Assembly (NCBI GenBank): GCA_977030845.1
Contig: OZ365116.1
Location: forward strand, 20,832,001-20,896,000
Source: Fimbriosthenelais zetlandica
Taxonomy: Eukaryota
Reading direction: 5' to 3'
Length of the DNA stretch: 64,000 bases
The notes under the pieces are model-generated. The model made no database searches. It was not told where the DNA came from and worked only from the letters and a program-made list of their open reading frames with translations. Of this stretch, positions 47,211-58,500 are shown piece after piece. Each line of letters opens with the position of its first letter. Position 1 is the stretch's first letter. A program made the translations under genes and the position numbers.

Positions 47211-50200
47211 ATGGGATGTGGATCTTCATTACCTGAATTAGACGAGAAAGACAGCAGCAATAGGCCTACCAACCTACAGCCTGAGACCACCATGTCCTCC
47301 CAGAATAAACAATCAGAGGAGGCGACCTCACCCTCACCCTCATCATCCACAACATCCATACAAGATGAAACATTACATGATGATAAAGACACAGCTTCAT
47401 TGGAGCAAGTAATGCCTTCCTGGGCGCCATCACACACCTGGTGGAGGTATGCCAGGCTAGGACCAATCACCCAGGATAATGACAGCCCTCCATGGTGGGA
47501 GGTGTGTGACAAGCTGACACCTTCAAAGACCACTGTAATCAAACCAGATACCAAGGTATTACATGATCCTCATTCAAACCATGCTTTATATGAAGGCCAG
47601 TTCCTATAAAGCTTGCTTGCCATTATAGCCCGTTTCTTTCCATTCCATATCTGGGCATTTAGTTTAATCCACTCAGACAACGATGCTAAATATCAATATT
47701 TCTAACGATGCTAAATATCAATATTTGTATCTCAGAGACGAGGATGGAAAACTATCCGCATCTTTGTGAGCAGCACCTTCAAGGACATGCATTCCGAGAG
47801 AGAGTACCTCGTCAAAAGAGTCTTCCCACAGCTCCGTCAATGGTAAAAATTCTTCCACCTTTTCAAATTAAAAATGTGTTTATATTTGCGATTGTTTTAT
47901 ACCATTTTGTTCTTATTTAATTAAGGTGTGAAGAAAAGAGGTTGCGACTAGTGGAGTGTGACCTTCGGTGGGGAATTCCCAAAGATGCAGATGCAAGACA
48001 AACTTTACTTACATGTCTCTCCGAAATTGACAGGTAACAAATCATAATCAATTAATGATAATTTTCCAATTTAACATGTATTCCTGTATTTGTACACTCA
48101 TTCTAACCCTGGGTTTTTTATGTGCAGGTGCTATGAGGAGAACGAGTTTCCATACTTCCTCGCACTCTTGTCTGAGAGGTATGGGTGGGTGCCGTCCCCA
48201 GAAGAGGTGCCATCCGACATAACCCACAGGTTGGTATTCACGTGTGGCCCTTATTTAAAATTGTATGTCTATAATACTTGTATACAGAATAGCACTGTAA
48301 TTCCGTTCATTTTTTACTTTCAAGATATAAATGGATGCCCGGTATGTCAGTGACTACTCTAGAAATCATGACAGGCGGATTTTGGCCAAGAAATCCAAAT
48401 GTAAGTATAGGCTGACTATAAATTTACGAGAAAACATATTGATCTCTCAAGACAGTCGTAATTCATTGGATCGTTTTCACATTTTCGACTTATATACTGT
48501 GTTTTTTCCTCACAGGCGCTGTATATGTTGAGAACACCAGAGTATTTACAGGATATTACACGACCAGAAGTCAAAAAGAATTACGAAGAGTATGACGGAG
48601 AAATACAAGTATCTCTTGATAAACTGAAAGGTACAATATTCCCTAAATTGAGATGAATTCCAAATCAATATGGAGTTAAAAGTTCCAGTTTTATCTATGG
48701 AATATTTTCTGTAAATCATATAATTATTAAAAATCACGAGCTAATTCATGACCACGACATTTGCTTTTATATCACAGAATGTGTTCACACGATTCCAAGC
48801 GATCAAGGTACAGTGAAGACATACCATTGTAATGTGGAAGGCCTTGAAGACAAAAGAGCATGTATAACAGGTATATATTCGTATTATTAAATTATTCAGT
48901 ATTTTTTCATCATAAAATGACGTCTGAAATGGATTCACACTTTTTGTGCTAGGATTAATTAGATGTATTCTTTATCTAGGCCTGGAAGACTTTGGGGAGA
49001 TGATTACAGAACATTTTAAGGCTGCCATTAATAAACAGTACCCAGCAGAAGCTCTGGGCACTGAGATGTCTCTCGAAGAAGAACAGTATTCCCAACATGA
49101 AGCTTTTATGACCCAGAGATCAGCAGTAAGTACAGTTCATTGTATGGGGCCTAGGTATGAAGTATAGCAGGTTTATCATTCCACTCATCTTGTGCCAGTT
49201 TAAACAAACCCCATTAACGGATTTTCTATTACAGTTATTGCTCGGAAGGGATGACATCCTAAAACAAACAGATAATTACATCAACCAGGACAGAAATCCT
49301 CAGGTGCCACTAGTTTTAATAGGATATCCAGGGGCTGGAAAAAGTGCAGTCATGGCAACAGTTGCAAGAAGATATCAAGATAGAGAAAACTTTCACGTGA
49401 GTATTTACATAGCGATGAAATTATTTAAAATTCACAAAAAGGAAAGAAATTCCACATAAATTCAATTCTATCATTGAAAGGATGATTATCTCTACTTGTT
49501 TCTAGCTCTTTTATCACTTCGTCGGGGCAACGCCAGGATCAACCGATTTACTAGCACTACTGAGGCGGTTATGGAAAGAACTTATGCCCAGTCAGGATCA
49601 GGTACGTTTATCCATTCATTAACCTTCATTAAGATTACCGCCGACCGGTATCATTACATGTATCTCAATGAATCTTCGCTTAATTATGACTAAAATATTT
49701 CCCTCTTAATAAACTGTATTATAGGTACCGACAGATCCAGAGGAATTAAAACGATCTATGGCCGTTGTGTTGGGGACGATGGGGAAGAGGATGGAGGGCC
49801 AGAAAAAGTTGATTATACTTGTGGATGCATTAAATCAACTTGACAGTGAAGGTAATGAAAAAAATAATGCCTTACCAAACAAATGTAAAAGAATATCTAT
49901 GTATTTTCGGAAGAATTTTCTTTATATTATAGTCATTTCGTTTTCAATTGTCAGGAAATGAAAATCATATGATTTGGTTGACGAGGGTGCTGCCACCTGG
50001 GGTGCGTGTCATAGTGAGTACTTTGGAGGGACCGTGCCTGGAGGCACTGAGAAGAACAGATCAATCCAGCACAAAACTTCCAGAGTTATTGGTGGCTCCA
50101 CTGGGCAAGAAAATCAGACGGGAAATTGTGAAGAAAACACTCTCCGAATACAATAAAATTTTGGATGATACTCAGGTGAGTGGACCTTTTAAAATAATTC

Positions 50201-52945
50201 ACAATTTTGAATCATTTGCAATCCTAATGAGTTTATTCTCAATTGCTTAATATTGACTTGAACCTTTCTAACACAGATGTCGGTATTGCTGGACAAGACT
50301 GATGCAGGCCGACCACTGTATTTGGCAATTGCCTGTGAGGAATTGAGAGTATTTGGAGAATTTAGAAAGCTCACTGACAAAATCCAAGGTTTGGATCCTG
50401 ATCTGACCAACCTGCTGGTTCAGGTAATGACCACTTTTCCACCATACTCCCCTCATTCAGCTTTAGGGGCAATCTCAAAAGTTCTCAGGTTTCTCTAAAC
50501 ACAGATCAATTATAATAGGTATCGGAGGGAGATAGCACCTAATCGACCAAGAAATTAAAATACCGACTAACTTAGATCAATATTATAGGTGCTGGACAGA
50601 ATAATAGCTGAGAATGGAGGAGACTTGGTGCTCAATACACTGTGTCTTATTGAATCTTCACGGTTTGGGTTACTGGAGAATGAGTTACTCCAGCTGTTGG
50701 CGAGCTACTCTAAAATGGTGGATCAGGGCGCTGGATCTGAGGAGAAACTACCCATGGCAGAGGTAAGTCAACTCCAAACTCTTCATATTCTCCAGCTATC
50801 TTCCCTGAAGAGTAAATGAATTATGCATACATGTGTTAATTAGGTTAATTCATAAATAATTTATTGTTTAATTACTTTATTTTATTTTGTTTAACTTTGA
50901 AAGTGGGCCTTGGTGTACCTGGGTTTGCGCCAGTTTCTACGGCCGGCAGGAGGTTCAGGAGAGGGCAGATTGGACTTCTATCACAGAACCATTAGCAAAG
51001 CTGTCCGCTCTAAATACCTACAAGCTCAGAACAAACACTTCTGGAACAAGAAGCTTGTAGACTACTTCAAAAACTGGTAAGTAACTCCAAATTATCTTGT
51101 GCATAGTATGGACCTTCTTGAAGAACTTCTTGAAATATTAGCCTAATTATGTATACTTTAAAGCCCTGATAAAGAGAGAAGGACAGAGGAGTTACCCTAT
51201 CAACTGATAGCCTATGGAGACAGGGAAGGTCTGACATCCATGTTGGTAGAGATGGACACCTTTGAGAGACTCTATACACCCAGCCATAAACAGCTATTGA
51301 TGAACTACTGGACTCAGGCTGGAGGTTATGGACTGGCTGGGGATCGAACAGTGCAAGCTCATCATAACCATGTTCAGGTATGTCATGTTTACAGCCCCAC
51401 AATTTATAAATTGCATAAATTATTTGATATAAGAAAAGCTTATTTATTTATTTATTTCCTTTTTGAAATTTCCTCAGCGATCTCCAAGGAAAAGGGGTTT
51501 TCATCCACTGAATGTGGCTTTCAAAGAGAAAGGTTTCATGGGGCGCTATGGCGAACAAGATCTACATCAAATACACATTGTTAATGTATATTTTCTTTTC
51601 ACAGAGTATGCCAGAGATGAGTGATGAAGAGAAGATCAGGCTCTATTCCCGGCTCATTATGTTCCTTACTGATATTGGTCAGTACCAACATGCTGAGCAA
51701 ATAGCCAGCCTGACACTTAGTACCGGAGATCCTCAGAGTGTGGCCCTCTGTGAACCTCTCTATGCCATGATCATACTCTACTATCTACAAGGTATGTATA
51801 GGCTATAGAATATATACAAGTACGTATATGAAAATACGGCTGAAAGAATTTGTAGTTACACATAGATATAATTAAAATAGTGTTTCTTCTGTCATATAAG
51901 TACATTGGTATGGATATTTTTTCTTATTCTTTCAGCTCTGAAAGTGGTGTACTCAAGTGATCCAGAATACGGTCGCTGTGTGCGTGAAGGGCGACAAATT
52001 GTACACCGATGTGTGGAGGTAAACCTCTAGGTCTATATAAAAAAAAACATAAATAAACAATATAGAAATAGGACGACCCCGCTTCACTTTGATGCTACCG
52101 TCACGGTAGGCTAATCCCTATAGGCTTATCATTGCGAATATTCCTTTTGGAACAGACCTCGGGTAATATTTTACGAACGGTATGCGGAAGCCCGGTTCTA
52201 CATGATCAAGTTTCTAATTGTTTTTCAGATGCACAAGAAAGTTTACAGCCATGATGATATTCATCTGGGGAGGGTGCTAACAAAATGTGGTTACTTTCAT
52301 AGTAACTATCTCGACGAGGCACGGAAGATCTGTGAAGTGAAGAGTTCTCAGGACTATGCCGAGATTCTCTATATGATTGGAGAAAAAAACCAATATCACG
52401 ATGATATAAGTACGTCTATATATGTTTTTTTTGAAAGGTATTATGTATGAATTTAGGGACTATTTTTATATTTAACGATATGCGAATATATTACTATCTG
52501 CCCTTTCATTTTCTGTTTAGATGTTCCCAAGGACTACTTTGAGAAATCTTTGAAGCTTTGTCTGGGCCACTTTGGGTATTTTCACCTGAACACGGCCCGT
52601 TGTTATCAGTTATATGGACAGCTCTACTGGAACAGAAATACAGGCAACGGCCATTCCATGCTAGAACAGTGTCTGAAACGTTACAAAAAGGTACAAATAC
52701 AGTTTGTAAAGATAATTTTTAAGCTTTATCCACTTTGATTAAAACGCATGAATCCATCTTGCAGTTATGTCTCAAAGGTTATAACAATTATACTTCAAAT
52801 GTCCTTCTTTTTATATGTTCAGGAACTGGAAATTCTGACGGAAATTCTGGGAGCTAAGCATCCAACAACACTAAGGTCTCGAGAGGATGTGATGATCATC
52901 CTACAATACTTGGGTCGCGACCAGGAGGCGAAACTCTATGAATGA
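47211..52945 (+). CDS. N-acylated DUF4062 + NACHT/STAND NTPase + TPR protein (TEP1/NPHP3/NWD-like architecture), 21 exons, one apparent 1-nt frameshift in exon 5
   Basis: MGCGSS N-terminus; RIFVSSTFKDMHSERE...CDLRWG...CLSEIDRC...LLSERYGW (DUF4062); Walker A GYPGAGKS (49322-49345); Walker B LIILVDALNQL; PLYL motif; C-terminal TPR-like helices (HLNTARCY, ILGAKHPTT). All splice phases fit except the exon 5/exon 6 junction. Confidence 0.85.
47679..47726. repeat. Intronic 23-bp direct duplication (period 25)
   Basis: aacgatgctaaatatcaatattt at 47679-47701 and 47704-47726. Confidence 0.85.
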
Positions 52946-53971
52946 GAGCCCGTACCATGTATAAATGTACAAAGTCGATCATTGATTACTAGTGAAAATG
53001 AGCAATGGGACGCATATATATTTCGAAACGATAGGGACTGTATTAAATAATCGACCTATTCATATAGTCTGACGCCCATGAACAAGTATTCCCTCAGGAA
53101 ATATACAATTCTGACTTACCAATTAATATTAATTTATACATTAATTCTGATGCATGAATGTCATCTATATTATGTGATATATTGTGTGCAATTTATATCA
53201 ATTCAGAAACAGAGGTTGGGAGTTTCGAATTGCGATTTGTAATAAAGAAATGGAACGCCATATATTTGCCCAATTTCATTTGAAGTTAACTAATTGAGTT
53301 TCCTCTTAAAAAAATAAAAATAAATGAACATATATATGACACATACATGTCTACATTTCTCATTTCACAACCTGTAAAAAGATATTTAGACGGCTGACAC
53401 ACCCATGTTCTACCCCCTGCATATCCATACCTGCGTAATTTATGTAGGCGTCGATATCTCGATCAAATAAAGGTCAGGTAGATAAGCTTACCTGATATTT
53501 GTAAGTGATAAGGAACAAAACAAATCTATATATGCACGGTGTACACGGCTATCCGGAAATACAGGCAGTAAGTCCAAACATAATTTGAACTATCCTTTAG
53601 TATTTCATTATTATGTCGTTTCTTTTACACCATGACTATGTAGACTATGCTCTCATTTTGTAAGACAAATTCCTTGTTTATAAACATCCAATATAATTAT
53701 ATTAGGCCAGGCGCAAGTCTGTGTGAAATATGTTATAATTTTTATGGCATAACAGCTCAGTACATCTTAGTCAAGAACATTAGGCCCAAATGGGATTCCG
53801 GAACATCAAATTAAGTGGGTCTATAGAAGTTCCTAGTTGAAAGTAGTCCACAAAAACTATAGGCAGATTCACTAAACCATAGCCTGCGTAACTTGTTGGA
53901 CAACTTTGGCCTCATTCCTTGTAGAATTCCACATTTGACATTCACATTTTACGCTTTATTCTGCAGACATA

Positions 53972-56105
53972 ATGTATTGGACCAGGGTTGTACTGTTATC
54001 TGCCGCTTTGATTTCCATCCAGTTCTTCAGGACAGAAGCTGAGATTTTTGGTAAAAATCTTTATATTATTTGAATGACTGCATGTATAGGCTATGCATAC
54101 ATTTATGTACATTTTCACTAACAAAAGTCTGTCCACTTACTTTGGAGTAAAATCTCATTTAGACAGACTGTAATAACATGGTATTTTACTCCAAAGATAA
54201 AGGTGGACAAGCTATATATGTGTCAGAAAGATATCATGTTATTGTTTCATTTTATGCAGGTCGGTTTGTACAAATTGGCGACTTTCATTATGACCCAACC
54301 TACGAGACTTTCGGAAATTCGTGTAACACAGAAATTCCTGAAGAACAAAGGAAGCCCTACGGCAACTACAACTGTGATGCTCCTCTGAAATTAGTAGAGA
54401 ATGCCATCCATGAAGCCAATATACTGTCTAACTACCAAACTGATTTTGTGATGTGGGCAGGGTAAGGCAGATTGTTATTTAGTCCGTTTAAATTAACTTT
54501 AACCTTCACAATATCACAATACATCATAATTAATAACATTTTATATCAAAATTTATCAACGTTTCAGAGATTTTGCACTTCATGTACGAGAGGAGAATGT
54601 GTTAAATGTGGATCAAGTACTGGACATTCTCAATGCCTCCTCTATTCTCATCCGTGGCGGGATTCATCAAGACACCCCCATCTTTCCGATGCTTGGCAAC
54701 CACGACTACTTGCCCAAAAGCCAGCTCCCTACTACAGGGGGCCTCTATCAGCGAATAGGCGACATATTCTGTCCTATATTTGAACTTGAAGGAAACGGAT
54801 GTGACGACTTTGTCAAAGGTATCAAAACAGAAAGCCTTGTAGAACATTCAAACTAGAGTATTGTACAACCATAGGGTAAAGCATTGTACCAATGATTTCT
54901 TATTTTACAGCTGGATACTACTCTCGCCTAATAGATGACAAACTTCTGCTTTTGATAACCAACTCCAACCTTTATGACAGGAGCAACAATGAAACTCTCG
55001 CCACGGACCCTGACCCAGCCGGACAGTTTGCCTGGATGAGAAGTAGGCTTGAAGACGCAAGAAACAGAGGTTATAGGGTGAGTGACATTATAGGTTATAT
55101 GTATGTAGGTTGTTGTACAATGTTTGCCAAAATTTAATGGTTGAATAGTATAACCACGACGCATGATGGTTGAATTTTCTCAGTTTAGAATGTGACGTCA
55201 CTCTGATTAAATAAAAACTAATACATTGCCTCTCTCACAACATCCCATATAGGTACATGTCTTCGCACACATACCCCCAGGCTTTTTTGAAGGGGCCAAA
55301 AACGTGATGTGGTTCAAAAACCAACACAATCAGATTTTCAATGAGATTATCAGGGACTACTCGGACATCATCATTGGAGTATACAGTGCTCATGCTCATA
55401 CTGATAGTTTCAGGATCTACTATAATGAAGGTGACTAACATAGTCTAATGTCTTAGACCTGATTTCAATTCTTTGCAATTGCATGTTTGCTTTTTTCTTA
55501 GTAGATTTTTCATCGTTTAATCTTTAATTCCAGAGAAGAAGCCAGTTGTACCACTCTTGATAAGTCCAGCTGTGACCCCTTGGAGATGGCCTGGAGGTGA
55601 TGGGAAGACTCCACCCAGAAACCCCGCCTTACGTGTTATTACACACCAGATCACAGGCGACATGGAACTGATAAACTATGACCAATATTACCTCAACCTG
55701 GAACGAGCAAATGACCCCACTAATACGGTGATCAGATGGGACAAGGAGTATGGCTTCACTTCTTATGAAGGTGCCGCCAATGCAAGTGCTGCATCTATGC
55801 ATGAGGTAGTGGAAAACTTCAAATCCTATGCCAGTACAGGCTTTCACAAATATTTTGAAAGGACTAATGTATTGATTATGAACAATCATGACAAGCCCAG
55901 CGGACTTCGGTATACGTGTGACATGGCCTGCAAGGAACAGCACATTTGTGCCATCAAGAATCTGGACAAAGAGGAGTACAGGAAATGCTTAGATACAATG
56001 AACCTATCTTCATCGTCTTCCATCCTGACAGCAGGCTATCGTCAGATTCTGACAAGCTTCATGTCATTGGTTGCTCTAGTGCTTGCTACCAAGATTCATA
56101 TTTGA
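53972..56105 (+). CDS. SMPDL3: Acid sphingomyelinase-like phosphodiesterase (SMPDL3A/B-like), secreted and probably GPI-anchored, 6 exons
   Basis: Signal peptide MYWTRVVLLSAALISIQFFRTEA; metallophosphoesterase motifs GDFHYD, WAGDF, LGNHD, AHIPPG, SAHAHTDSF, SPAVTP; C-terminal Ser-rich spacer plus hydrophobic tail. All exon phases are consistent. Confidence 0.92.
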
Positions 56106-56523
56106 AAATGTAAAGATCAAAATAACCTAGGGTGACGCCTGAGCACTAATACAGTGTATACATGTAGTAACAGAGGTCCTGGTCAGACCACCCCGCCCCC
56201 ACCCTTTCCCTGTAAATTAACAGCATGAAATACAGGACCTCCATGTAAATTTCATGACGTTTTTGCAGTGTGGTGCAGTTTATATAGTCGGATTATATCA
56301 ATTAAATAATTATACCAGAGATAATAAAAAGCAAAATTTAATACATGTACATAATACATTAGCTAAAACTACAATGTCATATCCTGCCTGTCCCGTGACA
56401 CTTTCCAATAAAACTAACACAGTTTTAACATATTCCTGCGTCTCGGGAAATCAGTCCGCCGGGACCTCGGGGCCTAGGGCCCCCTTTATGTTTTCCCGGG
56501 TTGTTTTATGTTAATAGGCCTAC

Positions 56524-57039
56524 CTACAAACCTAGCAAGTTTTTTCTGGATTTTCTTTGCTTTCTTCGTTTTCGCTGCTGGTCAGGATAATTATCCTGTA
56601 CTTGGTCAATAGGCTTAGGGCGGTGTATGTCTGGAAGAGAAATCGTTGGTCGCAAAGCCGTATTTTTCACAAAGCGACTCTGTTTTCTGTTTTTCAAACA
56701 TTCTTCACACACATCTGAACCTATGACCTCACACATAGACGAATGTTGAATACTGCTTATCAGGCTCGTGCTGCCGTCTGGGGTATTAGGCCGACAAAGA
56801 AGCCCCGAGCTCTTAACATTTCTATCTCCGAGGTTATTTCTACCCTGTAGAAACTGCCTCTTCTCCATCAGTCCCGACTTCTTGAAGTAATTTAACATGT
56901 TAAGTGTGTCCTCATCTTGTTTTAGGGATTTCGTGACACGCTTGTGGAATGTCTTAGAGCCCCCAAGCTCATGTTTACGTTGACACATCAGAAGGTACAC
57001 CTCAAGGAGTGTGGGTCCATTAGACCTCTGAGAAGGCAT
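56524..57039 (-). CDS. Uncharacterised basic 171-aa protein, single coding exon
   Basis: ATG ORF 16 nt downstream of a tttcag acceptor, with an in-frame stop just upstream of the ATG. Lys/Arg-rich C-terminus (QRKRRKQRKSRK). No family recognised. Confidence 0.6.
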   Translation of the reverse strand: MPSQRSNGPTLLEVYLLMCQRKHELGGSKTFHKRVTKSLKQDEDTLNMLNYFKKSGLMEKRQFLQGRNNLGDRNVKSSGLLCRPNTPDGSTSLISSIQHSSMCEVIGSDVCEECLKNRKQSRFVKNTALRPTISLPDIHRPKPIDQVQDNYPDQQRKRRKQRKSRKNLLGL

Positions 57040-58439
57040 TTCTGCTCATAAGACGCTGAAAAATGTATCATGGAAATGATGAATGTCTTTCAATAGCATT
57101 AAAAGCATCCTTCGTTTTAGATACCACACTTATTTTGGAATTGCATAATACGCACTAATATAATCATATATAAGCCAACCTGGCATATATCCAATCCACA
57201 TAATAATTCCATAATAATTACTAAGTGGTTAAGGTCACACTGCCAGCAATGCAGAATATAATAGCAAACCAACACCCATTCTCCCATTACCTTCTGAATC
57301 TCATGTCCTATACTGAGCCTTTCCCATGATCTTCCTTATACCGTATAGATAGGATAATCAGCTTCTATCTATTTACCTCTGTTTCACCTACTCGGCAGAA
57401 GTTACATGCAATGCGAGCATGTTGAGATCCAGTATAGGCTAACAAGGCCATTACCCAAGCAGGATGTTTACAATCTGTTACATTAAGCTCAGCCTTTGTT
57501 AATCTTATTCTACTGCGCCGCCCATTCTTCTGATACACATGGGTATATAGGCCAGGCCGTGAATAAGATTGTGTAACAGTCGATCATAACGAGCTCTTCA
57601 CATATACTCTGTACCTAGAATTACGCATTCGGGCTATAGATAAAGGGGGGGGGGGGGTATTCATTGCATTTCTTAAATTTAAACAAAATAAATTTAGCAG
57701 AATTATATTCAATGGCCATGTACATTTACATACGTATATCCTATTGATACGATGCCTATTATTGTTAATTTAAGTCATTACAGGTTTACACGTATTTGGA
57801 AAACTGTTTTGTTATTCTTTGTCACGATAGGGGACATGACGAGAATAACATTTAATCTCGATGGTATACTTGTCTTCCACCTAAAGATTTCATTCCAGAG
57901 TTACAGAATAACGTCTTACAAAATTCCCTAGTAGCTAGGCAGCCATTGCTTTATACTATCATAGATCTGTCTAACGTAAATCTGCCTTTGATAGTAGGGA
58001 ATTAGTCAGTTTTTTTACATTTTGTAACAGACTATATAGCCAAAATACTTGCACTTCCAACAATATGTGGTGTAAAGGCTTGGATTAGGTTTACTGTATG
58101 ACCATTTAGAAAATTAATTTTAGACATTGGTAACTATTGGAATTCGCCCTTGGTTATATGTTTCAATTATGTAACTAAATGAATGTATACATTGCAATTA
58201 CATATAATTGAAACAAGGCAATGTATTCTTTGTACAACCCAACCTATACAGTACGTGGTACCTCAAATTGACGCTAGGTGCCACGCCTGTTCTTCCTCTC
58301 TCGGGTAGGCGGGTAATAACTTGATGTTAAGTCAATATTTACAGTCGAAAGGAGATATAGTGCATTTACTTCAATAAAGACATGGTATACACGGGTTGAA
58401 GGGTAGACATTTCGTTCTTTTCTCACACCGTCGTCTGCT

Positions 58440-58500
58440 ACCGCGTGCTCGTATTTGGAAACGTCGCGTGGACGCATTCATGACGTCACGTGCGGCCAGA
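58440..58500. promoter_or_regulatory. CpG-rich element with overlapping CRE/E-box, candidate promoter of the 171-aa gene
   Basis: TGACGTCACGTG at 58481-58492 in a CpG-rich patch. Assignment to the 171-aa gene is positional inference. Confidence 0.4.
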
